NCBI GenBank assembly: GCA_016209495.1
Contig: JACQVX010000187.1
Coordinates: 1-57,269 of the forward strand
DNA: 57,269 nucleotides
Direction: 5' to 3'
From: Planctomycetota bacterium
Lineage (GTDB): Bacteria; Planctomycetota; JACQVX01
In this document: piece by piece, positions 1 to 10,524 of the stretch
Numbering within the stretch: the stretch's first letter is position 1
Layout: each line of letters starts with the position of its first letter
Position numbers and translations under genes: made by a program
The notes under the pieces: model-generated
Seen by the model: the letters and a program-made list of their open reading frames with translations, nothing else
Database searches by the model: none
What the model was told of the DNA's origin: nothing

Positions 1-432
1 AGGCTGCGGCGCGGGCCGCGGCGGGGGCGCCGGGGGCGCCGGGGGCGGCGGAGGCGGCGCGGCCACGGGACGGTGGGAGGGCTGCGGCGGAGGCGCCTTG
101 GGGCGCGCCGCCGGCGCGTCGGGGCTCGCGGTGCCGCCCACGGGCTCACCCTCCACCTGCGCAATCTCGGGCATCTCGGGCCAGTTGACCTTGGGGATGT
201 CGTCCGCCGGGGCGTCCGTGGTGTGGATCTGGGCACCCAGGGCCACGAGGCCAGCCAGGCGGCTCTTCACGATATTCACTGCCCGGAAGGAGAGACCGTC
301 CAGCAGGATCAGGGGGGCGTTCTCCAGGATGTGGGACGCGGTCTCCTGGTCGATGCCGAAGGACTGGGCCAGCTCGTCTTGCAGGGCCTCATGCTGCGTC
401 GCATCGACCTTGGTGAGGATGAGTTTGAACAT
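1..432 (-). CDS. hypothetical protein, N-terminal part only (gene runs off the left edge); Pro/Ala-rich region
   Basis: ATG at 432-430 (minus strand) opens a frame with no stop down to position 1 (MFKLILTKVDATQHEALQDELAQSFGIDQETASHILENAPLILLDGLSF...PPPPPPAPPAPPPRP). It shows strong G/C third-position bias. It is absent from the supplied track because it is edge-truncated. It is divergent from cdaA. Confidence 0.5.
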   Translation of the reverse strand, partial: MFKLILTKVDATQHEALQDELAQSFGIDQETASHILENAPLILLDGLSFRAVNIVKSRLAGLVALGAQIHTTDAPADDIPKVNWPEMPEIAQVEGEPVGGTASPDAPAARPKAPPPQPSHRPVAAPPPPPPAPPAPPPRPAPQP

Positions 433-596
433 AGGTGCCCGACCTGTGGCGCCATCCCATCCCCGTCTCGGCGGCCCGCGACCCCTGCGGCGGGGGCGAC
501 CCTCCATCGCACGGATCCGTGTTACTCGTGGAGGCCAGCGAGCTTATAGGCAGACCCCCTTGTGGTGTCAAGACGATTCTGCTTTACTGCCGTACC

Positions 597-1388
597 TTGA
601 ACCTGGCGCTTGACCTGCTTCAGGCCTACTGGCGCGCCGCCGCGCAGGTGGCCATCCTCTACGGCGTGGTTTACGGCGTGCTCCGTTTCCTCAAGGGTAC
701 GCATGGAGAGGGGATCCTCAGGGGACTGGCCTTCCTCGCCCTGGTGGGATTCACCGTGCTCCTCGTCATCGCCCGCTGGGCCGGACTGGACCAGATCAAT
801 TTCCTGCTCACCGCCTTTCTCCAGACCTCGGTGTTCGCCCTCATCATCATCTTCCAGCCCGAGTTGCGGCGAGGCCTGGTCCGGATCAGCCAGACCCCTT
901 TCCTCAAGTTCATGTTCAAGGGCGAGACCGACCCCATCGGTGAGGTCGTGGACGCCGCGGCCCGCATGGCGCGGAACAAGGTGGGGGCCATCGTCGCCAT
1001 CGAGCGCGAGGACGGCCTCAAGGACTACATCGAACGGGGCACCTCCATCGACGCGGTGGTCTCGCAGAAGCTCCTCGAGTCCATCTTCTTCCCCGGGTCG
1101 CCGCTGCACGACGGGGCCATCGTCATCCGGGAGAACCGGGTGGCCGCCGCCGGCTGCCTCTTCCCGCTGACGGAGAACGTGGCGGCCATCAGGAACCTCG
1201 GCACCCGCCACCGGGCGGGCATCGGCCTGAGCGAGCAAGGGGACGCCATCGTCGTCATAGTGAGCGAGGAGACGGGGACCATCAGCCTCGCCCTCGGGGG
1301 GCAGCTCACGCGGAACCTCGACAAGGAATCCCTCGACCGGAGGCTCCGCGAGCTGTACGCCAACGCGTCCGACCGTGAGTCCGCCTGA
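597..1388 (+). CDS. cdaA: diadenylate cyclase CdaA (c-di-AMP synthase), membrane-anchored
   Basis: Frame 435..1388 encodes three N-terminal TM helices followed by a DAC domain with the DGA and RHR signatures (PLHDGAIVIRENRVAAAGCLFPLT; GTRHRAGIGLSEQGDAIVVIVSEETGTISLA). I set the start at the in-frame TTG 597 just before TM1; GTG 435 is the longest alternative. The stop overlaps the next ATG by 1 nt. Confidence 0.85.
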   Translation: MNLALDLLQAYWRAAAQVAILYGVVYGVLRFLKGTHGEGILRGLAFLALVGFTVLLVIARWAGLDQINFLLTAFLQTSVFALIIIFQPELRRGLVRISQTPFLKFMFKGETDPIGEVVDAAARMARNKVGAIVAIEREDGLKDYIERGTSIDAVVSQKLLESIFFPGSPLHDGAIVIRENRVAAAGCLFPLTENVAAIRNLGTRHRAGIGLSEQGDAIVVIVSEETGTISLALGGQLTRNLDKESLDRRLRELYANASDRESA

Positions 1389-2416
1389 TGGCCCCGGCCG
1401 GTCGCACCGGAGAGGGTCCCGATCCGGCGGGGCTTCCGCGGCGGGCCTTCGACTTCATCTTCGGGAATCTCCGCGACAAGGTCTTCGCCCTGCTGGCGGC
1501 GTTCACCATCTACGTCTACGTCTCCCAGGAGACCTCCACCAGCTCGGGCGTCCTGCAAGTCCCCGTGGAGGTGGTTCCCCCGGCGGGGGTCATGTACACC
1601 ATCTTGAAGCCCGGACCCCAGGTACGGCTCGAGCTGGTGGGGCCTGCCCGGGAGATGGACCGGGTCCTGGCCGCGGCGCGCCAGGTGGTGCGGGTGAAGC
1701 TGGAGGTGGCCGGTACCGGCGAGAGGGAGGTCCCGCTGGCGAGCTCCGATTTCCGTCTCGACCCGGGCAACACGCCCGTGAGCGCTGGCATCTCCGTCCG
1801 TTACCGGCCGGGGTACGAGAGCATCCTCGTCCTGCTCCAGGAGGCGCAGGAGGGCTGGCTCCCCGTGGACGTGGTCCACGACGGGGACCTGGCCGAGGGG
1901 ACGCGCGTCCGCTCCATGGGCTCGCAGCCCTCCCACGTCCGGCTACGCGCCCCCAGGGACTTTTTCCGCAACCCGGGCCGTGTCCCCACGGTCCTGATAC
2001 CGCTCGCCCGCCGCGGGGCCGGGGACTACACCGTGCCCGTGGCCCTGGATCGGACCCCCGGCGGGAGGGCGGTGCAGCTCGATGGGGCGGACGAGGTGAT
2101 GGTCCACCTCGCCATCGAACCGGTGCCCGCGCGGCGCGCCCTCACCGGCGTCCCCGTCTACCTGCTGCAGCGCCCCGACCTCCCCTATCGCTTCCGGCTC
2201 AGCGTGGAGACCACCTGCGACGTGGTCGTGGAGGGGCCCCAGCTCCTGGTCGCCGGTGTGGACGCGGCGCGCCTGAAGGCCCTGGTGGACCCGGAGCGGG
2301 AGTGGGGCCCGGAGCCGGTCCCCCAGGACCTGAGCCCGTTCCACGTCGAGGGCCTGCCCGCGGGGGTGCAGTGGGTCGAGGCCTCGGAGGTGTCGGTGAA
2401 GGCGGAGCCCAGATGA
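1388..2416 (+). CDS. cdaR: CdaR / YbbR-domain regulator of CdaA
   Basis: ATG 1388 overlaps the cdaA stop. There is a single N-terminal TM (KVFALLAAFTIYVYV) followed by repeated beta-rich modules. Its position between cdaA and glmM matches the conserved cdaA-cdaR-glmM operon. Confidence 0.7.
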   Translation: MAPAGRTGEGPDPAGLPRRAFDFIFGNLRDKVFALLAAFTIYVYVSQETSTSSGVLQVPVEVVPPAGVMYTILKPGPQVRLELVGPAREMDRVLAAARQVVRVKLEVAGTGEREVPLASSDFRLDPGNTPVSAGISVRYRPGYESILVLLQEAQEGWLPVDVVHDGDLAEGTRVRSMGSQPSHVRLRAPRDFFRNPGRVPTVLIPLARRGAGDYTVPVALDRTPGGRAVQLDGADEVMVHLAIEPVPARRALTGVPVYLLQRPDLPYRFRLSVETTCDVVVEGPQLLVAGVDAARLKALVDPEREWGPEPVPQDLSPFHVEGLPAGVQWVEASEVSVKAEPR

Positions 2417-3822
2417 GCGAGGAACCTGCAAGCGAGCAGGCGAGGCACGGCGAGCCCCAGCAGGTCTTCGGGACCGACGGGGTTCGCGGTCGCGCCGGGG
2501 AGGGAGACCTGGCGCCTGGCAGGCTCCTCGCCCTGGCCCGTGCCGTCGGGGCCCAGCTCCAGGGGGCCTGCGCGACGGGACGACCCAGGGTCCTGCTGGC
2601 GCGTGACTCTCGCGTGACGAGCGACGGGATCGCGGCCCTCCTGGCGGCGGGCCTCATGGCCCAGGGGGTGGACGCGGAGGACGCGGGGATACTGCCTACC
2701 CCCGGGCTCTGCCGCGCCACCGCCCGGCTCGGGTACGCCCTGGGGCTCGTGGTGAGCGCCTCCCACAACCCGGCCGAGGACAACGGGGTCAAGCTCGTGG
2801 GGCCCGACGGGCGGAAGGCCCCGGACGCCTTCGAGCGCGAGGTGGAGAGGCGGCTGGCCCGCGGCGATCCGGGGGCCCCCGGCGCGCCGCTCGCCTGGGG
2901 GGCCCTGCGCCGAGTGGACCTGAGGGAGGCCTACCTGGGCGAGCTGGCGGGCGCGGCCGGGGCCGGGGCCCTGGCGGGGATGCGGGTGGTGCTGGACGCG
3001 GCCCACGGGGCCACGGGTCCCTGCGCCGCGGAGGCCTTCCGGCGCGCGGGGGCCCGGGTCGTGGCCCTGAACGAGGACCCGGATGGGGCGCGGATCAACG
3101 ACGGGTGCGGGGCCCTGCACCCGGAGTCCCTGTGCGAGCGGGCCCGGCTGGAGAGGGCCGACCTGGGCTGCGCCTTCGACGGCGACGGGGACCGGGCCAT
3201 CCTCGCGGACTCCGAGGGGCATCTCCTGGACGGCGACCACGTCCTGGCCATCCTGGCTCGAGCCCTGCGTGCCCGTGGCCGACTCACGGGCGACACGGTG
3301 GTGGGGACGGTCATGGCGAACGTGGGCCTGGAGGTCTCCCTGCGCGAGCTGGGGGTGCGGCTCCAGCGCACCCCGGTCGGGGATCGGCACGTGGCCGACG
3401 CCATGGCGGCCGGGGGCTACGCCCTGGGGGGCGAGCAGTCCGGCCACATCATCCTCTCGGACGGGGACCGGTCGCCCCTCACGGGGGACGGGCTACGCAC
3501 GGCCCTGACCATGGCGGCCCTGGTCCGCGCCGAGGGGAAGGACCTTCGCGAGCTGGCCCGCTGCCTCCGGAAGTATCCCCAGACGCTCGTCAACGTGCGC
3601 GTGGGCAAGCGCCCCCCCCTGGAGGAGGTCCCGGAGGTGCGGGCCGCGGCGCGGAGGGCCCGGGCGGTCCTGGGGTCCGAGGGGAGGCTGGTGCTGCGCT
3701 ACAGCGGCACAGAGCCCCTGGCCCGGGTCATGGTGGAGGGCCCGGACATGGCCCAGGTGGAGGGCCTGGCGCGGGAGGTGGCCAGGGCCATCCGGTGCGC
3801 CCTGGGCGACGGGGAGGCCTGA
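2413..3822 (+). CDS. glmM: phosphoglucosamine mutase
   Basis: ATG 2413 overlaps the cdaR stop (ATGA). Motifs present: FGTDGVRG, the phosphoserine loop SASHNPAEDNGVKL, DGDGDR and GGEQSGH. The upstream 346 codons of track ORF 1375..3822 are a shadow over cdaR. Confidence 0.9.
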   Translation: MSEEPASEQARHGEPQQVFGTDGVRGRAGEGDLAPGRLLALARAVGAQLQGACATGRPRVLLARDSRVTSDGIAALLAAGLMAQGVDAEDAGILPTPGLCRATARLGYALGLVVSASHNPAEDNGVKLVGPDGRKAPDAFEREVERRLARGDPGAPGAPLAWGALRRVDLREAYLGELAGAAGAGALAGMRVVLDAAHGATGPCAAEAFRRAGARVVALNEDPDGARINDGCGALHPESLCERARLERADLGCAFDGDGDRAILADSEGHLLDGDHVLAILARALRARGRLTGDTVVGTVMANVGLEVSLRELGVRLQRTPVGDRHVADAMAAGGYALGGEQSGHIILSDGDRSPLTGDGLRTALTMAALVRAEGKDLRELARCLRKYPQTLVNVRVGKRPPLEEVPEVRAAARRARAVLGSEGRLVLRYSGTEPLARVMVEGPDMAQVEGLAREVARAIRCALGDGEA

Positions 3823-3827
3823 GCTCG

Positions 3828-4454
3828 GTGTGGACCCTGGCGCGGGTGGGTCAGGCCTTCTGGCTCGCCCTCCCCGTCACCCTGGCGGGCGTGGTCCACA
3901 TGGCGGTGGTGAGGCTGGACCTCCTCCCCACCCTCCGGGCGCCCCTGGACGGCGGCCGGACCTGGGGGAAGCATCGCGTCCTGGGCGACCACAAGACCTG
4001 GCGGGGGCTGTTCGTCATGGTGGCGGCCCCCGCGGCTCTGGGCCTGGCCCAGGGCCTCCTCGCGGGTGGGTGGGCGGCCCGCCACGGGCTCGAATGCCTG
4101 GACATGGAGGCCCTGGGTCGACGACTGGGGGCGACGGGGGCGGGGGCCGGCGTGGGACTGGCCTACCTGGCGCTGAACGGCGTCCTGGGGCTAGGCTACG
4201 CCCTGGGCGAGCTGCCCAACTCGCTGGTCAAGCGCCGCCTGGGGGTCGAGCCGGGACGCCGCGGGTCCGGGGTCGCGGGGACGGCCCTCTTCCTGGTGGA
4301 CCAGGCCGACAGCGTGGTGGCCGCCCTGGGCCTGGCGTGGCTCTGCGTCGGGCTCCCGTGGGAGGTGGCCCTGGTCGGGGTCGTCTGCCTCACCGGATTG
4401 CACCTTGCCATGAACGTCGGGCTCTACGCCGCGGGGCTGAGGCGCGAGTTGTGA
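3828..4454 (+). CDS. CDP-archaeol synthase (CarS/DUF46) family membrane protein
   Basis: In-frame GTG at 3828 in track frame 3105..4454 gives a polytopic membrane protein of about 208 aa. It carries PLDGGRTWGKHRVLGDHKTWRG, GELPNSLVKRRLG and LVDQADSV, which match my memory of the CarS cytidylyltransferase signature blocks (G-D-x-K-T-x-R-G; K-R-R; D-Q-x-D). Confidence 0.7.
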   Translation: MWTLARVGQAFWLALPVTLAGVVHMAVVRLDLLPTLRAPLDGGRTWGKHRVLGDHKTWRGLFVMVAAPAALGLAQGLLAGGWAARHGLECLDMEALGRRLGATGAGAGVGLAYLALNGVLGLGYALGELPNSLVKRRLGVEPGRRGSGVAGTALFLVDQADSVVAALGLAWLCVGLPWEVALVGVVCLTGLHLAMNVGLYAAGLRREL

Positions 4455-7144
4455 AGTCCGAGGGGCGTCTGGTCGGGCCGTCGGAGGCACCGGCGGCGGA
4501 GGAGGCGCCCCTCCGGCTCGGGGGCAAGGGGGCGGGCCTGTCGGCCTTGACCCGCGCCGGCCTGCCGGTCCCGCCCTGGTTCGTCCTCACCACGGCGGTG
4601 GGGGAGTCGGTCCTCGCTCCCCTGGGGTCCGAGCTGGGGCGGCTCCTCGAGGGCCGGGACCTGTCGGACCCGGCGGCGGCCCAGGAGGCAGCCGGTCGCA
4701 TCCGCGAGGAGGTGCGCGCGCGCGGACTCGCCGCCGCGGACCGGGAGGCCCTCTACGCGCGCTACGACGCCGAGTTCCCCGGTGGCGCACCGGTGGCCGT
4801 GCGCTCCTCGGTCGTGGGGGAGGACTCGCAGAGCGACTCCCACGCGGGCCAGATGGATACCTACCTCCACGTGGGCCGCGCGGATCTGGAGGGCCGGGTC
4901 CTGGATTGCCTGGCCTCGGCCTGGTCGGCGCGCGCCCTGGCCTACCGGAAGAACCGCGGCCGCGACCCCCGCCGGGCCGTCCCCGCCGTCGTGATCCAGC
5001 GCATGGTGGAGAGCCGGGCCTCGGGCGTCCTGTTCACCCTCAACCCCGCCAGCGGGGATCGCTCCGAGCTCGTGATCTCCGCGGGCCTGGGTCTGGGGGA
5101 GGGGGTGGTGTCGGACCGGGTCGAGGCCGACACCTGGTTCGTGGCCCGCTCGGGCGCCTTGCGCTCCCGGCAGCTCCGCGCCAAGCGCTCCCGGGTGACC
5201 TCGGACCCCGGGGGCGGAACCACCCTGGAGACGGTGGGGGAGGAGGAGGCCCAGCGGCCCGCCCTGGGGGAAGAGGAACTGGGCCGGGTCGTGGACCTGG
5301 GTCTGCGGGTGGAGGCGCTCCTGGGGGTGCCGGTGGACGTGGAGTGGGCCCTGGACCGGGAGGGCACGCTCTTCCTCCTCCAGGCTCGTCCCATCACGGG
5401 GCTGGGCGAGGGCCGGGACCAGGTCTTCGACAACGCCAACATCGTGGAGAGCTTCCCCGGCCCCTCGTCGCCGCTCACCTACTCCTTCGCCCGCGGCGCC
5501 TACGAACAGACCTTCCGCCAGGCCTCGCGCATATTCGGTGTCCCCGAGGAGATCCTGGACCGCCACCACGCGGTCCACGCCAACCTCCTGGGCCTGGTCC
5601 ACGGGCGCATCTACTACAACATAGGGAACTGGTACGGGCTCTTCCGCTTCGTACCGGGCTTCGAGGGCAGCCTGCCAGCATGGGAGAAGGCCCTGGGCCT
5701 GGCCCGCCACGGGGCCCGTCAGGGCGCCCCGGGCCGGGGGAAGGCGGGGCGCTGGGCTGTCCTCGCGCTCCAGGCGCGGGTCTGGTGGCGGATCCTCGCC
5801 CTGTTCCTCGGCCTTCCGCGCCGGGTGCGTGGGTTCCACGCCCTCATGGAGGCCGAGCGGGCCGCCTGCGACGAGGGTGCCCTGGGGACCCTGGACGCGG
5901 AGTCCATCCTGGAGGCCCACGAGGCGCGTTCGCGGCGGCTCCTTCCCGCCTTCTCGGTCTCCGTGGTCAACGACGCCTTCCTGCAGCAGCTCCACGAGGC
6001 CATGACGCGTGTCCTCTCCCGCTGGGGTGTGCCGGGGCCGGAGGCGCTGCGGAACGACCTCCTCGTCGGCGTCGCCGGCATGGAGAGCGTGGCCCCGGTG
6101 CGCTCGCTCCTCGGGCTGGCCGAGCGGATACGCCGCGACGGCGCGCTGGAGGCCCTCTTCCGGGGGGACGCGGCCCCTCTCGAGGTGTGGCGTGCGATCC
6201 ATGCGGAGCCCTCGCACGCGGGCTTCCGGGAGGCCCTGGCGGCCCACCTCGCCCGCTACGGGGACCGCACCGTGCACGAGCTGAAGCTGGAGACGCCCTC
6301 CATCGAGGAGGACCCCGCGGTCCTGGTGGGGGCCCTGCGCAGCTACCTGGAGGGCGGTATCCGGGTGGAGGACCTGGAGGCGCGGGAGGGGGAGGTCCGG
6401 GCCGAGGCCGAGCGGCGGCTGGGGCTGGCCCTGGCGGGCCGGCCGTTCAGGGCCCTGGCCGCGCGGCTCCTCCTCGGCCGGCTGCGGCGCTCCGTGGCGG
6501 CCCGGGAGAACCTGCGGCTGGAGCGCAGCCGGGCCTTCGGGCTGACCCGGCGCACCTATCGGGAGCTCGGGGCGAGACTGGTCCGCGCGGGCCTCCTGCG
6601 GAGGCCGGAGGACGTCTTCTGGCTCACGGTCGAGGAGGTCGCCCTCGCGGTCCGGTCCAGCTCGGTGACCTCCGACCTGGGGGCCCTGGTGGGGCTGCGC
6701 CGGGAGGAGTACCGCGGGTACGCCGAGGGCGCCCCCCCCTCGCGGGTCGTGTTCCGCGGGCCTTCACGGTGGGCCGCCTCCCCGGAGCCCGCCGCCGGGG
6801 CCGCCCTCGGGGAGGTGGGCGAGGTCGGCGTCCTTCGCGGCATCGGCTGCTCCCGTGGCGTGGTGCGGGCCCGCTCCAGGGTCATCCTGGACCCCACCCG
6901 CGGGGAGGTGGTGCGCGGGGAGATCCTCGTGGCCCCCATGACCGACCCCGGGTGGGTCTTCCTGATGGTGGCCGCCTCGGGCCTGGTGGTGGAGCGCGGC
7001 AGTCCCCTCTCCCACACCGCCATCATCGGTCGCGAGCTGGGCATCCCCACGGTGGTGGCGGTGCAGGACGCCACGCGCCGCATCGGCGACGGCCGTATGG
7101 TGGAGCTGGACGGCGAGCGAGGCCTGGTGCGCCTCCTGGACTGA
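4451..7144 (+). CDS. PEP-utilising dikinase, rifampin-phosphotransferase-like architecture (PPDK_N ATP-grasp + central domain + C-terminal swivel His domain)
   Basis: GTG 4451 overlaps the upstream stop (GTGA). The N-terminus has [23 protein letters not shown] and [20 protein letters not shown]. The C-terminus has [12 protein letters not shown]...[22 protein letters not shown] (catalytic His). No PEP/pyruvate TIM-barrel follows the His domain. Confidence 0.8.
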   Translation: MKSEGRLVGPSEAPAAEEAPLRLGGKGAGLSALTRAGLPVPPWFVLTTAVGESVLAPLGSELGRLLEGRDLSDPAAAQEAAGRIREEVRARGLAAADREALYARYDAEFPGGAPVAVRSSVVGEDSQSDSHAGQMDTYLHVGRADLEGRVLDCLASAWSARALAYRKNRGRDPRRAVPAVVIQRMVESRASGVLFTLNPASGDRSELVISAGLGLGEGVVSDRVEADTWFVARSGALRSRQLRAKRSRVTSDPGGGTTLETVGEEEAQRPALGEEELGRVVDLGLRVEALLGVPVDVEWALDREGTLFLLQARPITGLGEGRDQVFDNANIVESFPGPSSPLTYSFARGAYEQTFRQASRIFGVPEEILDRHHAVHANLLGLVHGRIYYNIGNWYGLFRFVPGFEGSLPAWEKALGLARHGARQGAPGRGKAGRWAVLALQARVWWRILALFLGLPRRVRGFHALMEAERAACDEGALGTLDAESILEAHEARSRRLLPAFSVSVVNDAFLQQLHEAMTRVLSRWGVPGPEALRNDLLVGVAGMESVAPVRSLLGLAERIRRDGALEALFRGDAAPLEVWRAIHAEPSHAGFREALAAHLARYGDRTVHELKLETPSIEEDPAVLVGALRSYLEGGIRVEDLEAREGEVRAEAERRLGLALAGRPFRALAARLLLGRLRRSVAARENLRLERSRAFGLTRRTYRELGARLVRAGLLRRPEDVFWLTVEEVALAVRSSSVTSDLGALVGLRREEYRGYAEGAPPSRVVFRGPSRWAASPEPAAGAALGEVGEVGVLRGIGCSRGVVRARSRVILDPTRGEVVRGEILVAPMTDPGWVFLMVAASGLVVERGSPLSHTAIIGRELGIPTVVAVQDATRRIGDGRMVELDGERGLVRLLD

Positions 7145-7187
7145 CGGGGACAGGACCGCTATGCTCCCGCCTCCCGGAGGAGGCCCC

Positions 7188-9122
7188 ATGTCCCAGCGCT
7201 TCGCGCCGCCCGATTCCTTCCGCGCCGGGTCGCACCTGTCGTCCCAGGAGGAGTACCTGGCGCGATACCGCCGATCGGTGGAGGACCCGGAGGGTTTCTG
7301 GGCCGACGAGGCGCGGCGAGTGCGCTGGTTCCGCCCCTGGTCGCGCGTCCTGGAGTGGGACTTCCAGCGGCCCACCATCCGCTGGTTCGAGGGCGCCACC
7401 ACCAACGCGGCCTACAACTGCCTGGATCGCCACCTGGAGGCCGGCCATGGCGAGCGCACGGCCATCGTCTGGGAGGGCGACGACCCGGCCGAGGTCCGGC
7501 GGCTGAGTTACCGGGAGCTGCACGCGGAGGTCTGTCGCTTCGCGGGCGCCCTGCGCGGGCAAGGGGTGGGGAAGGGGGACCGGGTCTGCATCTACCTCCC
7601 CATGGTCCCGGAGCTGGCCGTGGCCATGCTGGCCTCGGCCCGCATCGGCGCCGTCCACAACGTGGTCTTCGCGGGTTTCAGCGCCGACTCCCTCCGGGAA
7701 CGCATACTCGACTCCCGGTGCCGGCTGGTGGTCACGGCGGACGAGGGGCTGCGCGGGGGGCGCTCCATCCCCCTGAAGGCCACCGTGGACCGGGCCCTGG
7801 AGGGTGTGGAGTGCGTGGAGCGGGTCATCGTCCTCCGGCGCACGGGCACGCCGGTGGGCTGGGTGGAGGGCCGAGACCTGGGCTGGCAGGACGCGGTGGC
7901 GGACGCGCCGGGCGTCTGTCCCTGGGAGGAGGTAGAGGCCGAGCACCCCCTCTTCATCCTCTACACCTCCGGGTCCACGGGAAGACCCAAGGGGGTCCTC
8001 CATACCACCGGGGGCTACCTGGTCTACACCTCCCTCACCCACGAGCTGGTCTTCGACTATCACCCGGGCGACGTCTACTGGTGCACCGCCGACATCGGCT
8101 GGGTCACCGGGCACTCCTACATCGTCTACGGCCCCCTGGCCAACGGGGCCACCACCGTGATGTTCGAGGGGGTCCCCCACCACCCGGACTGGGGTCGGTT
8201 GTGGGACGTGGTGGACCGGCATGGGGTGAACACCTTCTACACCGCCCCGACGGCCATCCGGGCGCTGATGCGGCAAGGCGAGGGGCCGGTGCAGGCCCGG
8301 GACCTGGGGAGCCTACGCCTCCTGGGGACGGTGGGCGAACCCATCAACCCGGAGGCCTGGCTCTGGTATCACCGGGTGGTGGGCCGCGGGCGCTGCCCCA
8401 TCGTGGACACCTGGTGGCAGACCGAGACGGGGGGCATCCTCATCACCCCCCTCCCGGGGGTGACGGAGACCAAGCCGGGGAGCGCCACGCGCCCCTTCTT
8501 CGGGGTGCAGCCCGTCCTCGTGGACGACGCGGGACGCGTGCTGGAGGGGGGCGGGGTGTCGGGGAACCTCTGCCTTCGGTTCCCCTGGCCGGGGATGATG
8601 CGCACGGTCCACGGGGACCACGATCGATTCCGCGAGACCTACTTCACTCGCTTCCCCGGTCTCTACTTCACCGGCGACGGCTGTCGCCGGGACGAGGACG
8701 GCTACTACTGGATCACCGGCCGGGTGGACGACGTGATGAACGTCGCGGGGCACCGCATCGGGACGGCCGAGGTGGAGAGCGCCCTGGTGGGCCATCGCTC
8801 CGTGGCGGAGGCGGCGGTGGTGGGGATGCCCCACGAGATCAAGGGGCAGGGCATCTATGCCTTCGTGATCCTGAAGGCGGGCTTCGAGGCCTCCGAGGAG
8901 CTGCGGGGGGCCCTGCTCCACCAGGTGCGCGACACCCTGAGCCCCATCGCCGTGCCCGACAGGCTGCAGTTCGTCCCGGGACTGCCCAAGACCCGCAGCG
9001 GGAAGATCATGAGGCGCATCCTGCGGCGCATCGCCGCCGGCGAGACCGCCGACCTGGGCGACACCACCACCCTGGCGGACCCGGCGGTCGTGGCTCAGGT
9101 CCTGGAAGGCCGGATTGCTTAG
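7188..9122 (+). CDS. acs: acetyl-CoA synthetase
   Basis: [62 protein letters not shown]. Full length is about 644 aa. ATG 7188 is preferred over ATG 7161. Confidence 0.95.
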   Translation: MSQRFAPPDSFRAGSHLSSQEEYLARYRRSVEDPEGFWADEARRVRWFRPWSRVLEWDFQRPTIRWFEGATTNAAYNCLDRHLEAGHGERTAIVWEGDDPAEVRRLSYRELHAEVCRFAGALRGQGVGKGDRVCIYLPMVPELAVAMLASARIGAVHNVVFAGFSADSLRERILDSRCRLVVTADEGLRGGRSIPLKATVDRALEGVECVERVIVLRRTGTPVGWVEGRDLGWQDAVADAPGVCPWEEVEAEHPLFILYTSGSTGRPKGVLHTTGGYLVYTSLTHELVFDYHPGDVYWCTADIGWVTGHSYIVYGPLANGATTVMFEGVPHHPDWGRLWDVVDRHGVNTFYTAPTAIRALMRQGEGPVQARDLGSLRLLGTVGEPINPEAWLWYHRVVGRGRCPIVDTWWQTETGGILITPLPGVTETKPGSATRPFFGVQPVLVDDAGRVLEGGGVSGNLCLRFPWPGMMRTVHGDHDRFRETYFTRFPGLYFTGDGCRRDEDGYYWITGRVDDVMNVAGHRIGTAEVESALVGHRSVAEAAVVGMPHEIKGQGIYAFVILKAGFEASEELRGALLHQVRDTLSPIAVPDRLQFVPGLPKTRSGKIMRRILRRIAAGETADLGDTTTLADPAVVAQVLEGRIA

Positions 9123-9147
9123 GCGTCCGTGATTGTCTTGCGGCGAC

Positions 9148-10506
9148 CTAGGCGCGCCGGCCCCCCGAGCGATGGGCCTTGCGCGCCGCGGCCACCAGCT
9201 CGGCTGCCTCCACCCGGGGCGGGGCGGCGTCCAGGTCCACTCCGAAGCGGTCCTCCCGCAGGAACTCGGTGGCGTCGTTCACGGTCCGGACCAGGCGCTC
9301 CGCCGTGGCCGCCAGGCCCTCTACCTTGCGCCGGCCCCGGAAGGAGGCCAGGACCCCGGCCGCGATGCCCAGATAGGCCCGGACGTAGTCCCGGCGCGCC
9401 CGCCCCACCCGGGCCACCGCGCGCCTCCGATGCGTGCCCTGGATGCCGCGTCGGTCCAGGTCCTTGGGGCGCGTGAGGGCCGTGCGCTCGGTCCGGCGGT
9501 CCAGGCCTGGCGCGGTCGGCAGCTCGACGTCCCGCAGGACGCCGCGAGCGTCCACGCGCACGAGGGCGGTCCCCGAGTTGAGGAGGGCCTCCCGCAGGTC
9601 CAGGTAGATCTGTTCCGGGCCCAGGCGATACCTCCGCGAGACCTCCTGTACGAAGTCCAGCCCGACGAAGTCCTCCTCCGCGATGTCCTCCACCCAGGGT
9701 TCGCCGGGGGCCCCGTGGCGCGGGAAGACCTCCTCCCTCCGGGCCAGGAGGTCCTGGACCACGCGCTCCACCACCTCCAGGTGGATGCGTACGACCTCCG
9801 CGGAGGATTCCTTGAAGAGCTCCGGCCTCTCCCGCTTGATGTGGCCGTGGCGCTCCTCGAAGCGGCCGACCAGATACATGGAGAGCTCCATCCAGAGGCG
9901 CCAGGGCGGCGTCTCCGGTCGGCGCCGCGCGAGGTGGAACGCGTATTCCTCCCGTAGCTCCGGGTAGCGCCGGAAGCAGCGTTCCCGCAGGTTCGGGGTG
10001 TCGTCCTGGTTCGAGAGGCTGCAAAGCTCCTCGACCATCCGGCGGTGGGCGTCCAGGGCCTCGGCCACGGTGGGCTGGCAGCGCTCGGGCCGGTGCACCC
10101 CGGCGCCGTCCACGTGGAGCATGAGGGTCCTGGTCGCGCCGCCCCGGGGGATCGGTTCGACGAGCCCATCGCGGATCAGGCGACGGAACCCGACGCCCGA
10201 GGTGCGCGGGACGGCCTCCGGGACCTGGGCCACCTTCAGCCCCGGGTCATAGGCCGCGGCCAGCGCCAGGTAGGTCCGGAGCGCCCCCTCGTCCAGGGCG
10301 TGGACCCATCGGTCCAGGAAGGCGGGGGAGAGGTGCACGGCCCCATCGCAGGCGGCCTCCGGATGGCGCTGCCCCGGTGGGCTTCGCCGCTCGGGCCATC
10401 CGAAGGGGCGGCCCTCGACGGCAGGGGCGGCGGGAACCGCGCGGGGACCGAGGCTGGGCTTGACCACCACGACCGCATCATACGGGCCCGCGCTCGACCC
10501 TATCAA
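9148..10506 (-). CDS. hypothetical protein (452 aa), last gene of the polysaccharide-export operon
   Basis: Long ORF with consistent GC3 bias, starting 18 nt downstream of the Wza-like gene on the same strand. No motif I can assign. The N-terminal ~130 aa could be a winged-helix-like region (LRTYLALAAA...GFRRLIRDGLVEP), but that is weak. Confidence 0.6.
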   Translation of the reverse strand: MIGSSAGPYDAVVVVKPSLGPRAVPAAPAVEGRPFGWPERRSPPGQRHPEAACDGAVHLSPAFLDRWVHALDEGALRTYLALAAAYDPGLKVAQVPEAVPRTSGVGFRRLIRDGLVEPIPRGGATRTLMLHVDGAGVHRPERCQPTVAEALDAHRRMVEELCSLSNQDDTPNLRERCFRRYPELREEYAFHLARRRPETPPWRLWMELSMYLVGRFEERHGHIKRERPELFKESSAEVVRIHLEVVERVVQDLLARREEVFPRHGAPGEPWVEDIAEEDFVGLDFVQEVSRRYRLGPEQIYLDLREALLNSGTALVRVDARGVLRDVELPTAPGLDRRTERTALTRPKDLDRRGIQGTHRRRAVARVGRARRDYVRAYLGIAAGVLASFRGRRKVEGLAATAERLVRTVNDATEFLREDRFGVDLDAAPPRVEAAELVAAARKAHRSGGRRA

Positions 10507-10524
10507 GCGGGTAGGAGGCGAGAG

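Noticed and set aside
433-596. Possible promoter or riboswitch upstream of cdaA (locally AT-richer stretch around 540-600)
   Set aside because: I could not identify a convincing -35/-10 pair or any conserved riboswitch fold by eye. Part of the stretch may even be coding if cdaA starts at GTG 435.
1375-3822. 815-aa ORF suggesting an N-terminally extended GlmM
   Set aside because: The first 346 codons are an RPG-rich shadow over cdaR. The ATG at 2413 forms an ATGA overlap with the cdaR stop and yields a normal-length GlmM.
4424-7506. Long ORFs 4424..6277(-) and 4906..7506(+) overlapping the PEP-dikinase and acs genes
   Set aside because: These are out-of-frame or antisense shadows with RPG-rich translations. 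The chosen frames carry the ATP-grasp, swivel-His and Acs signatures.
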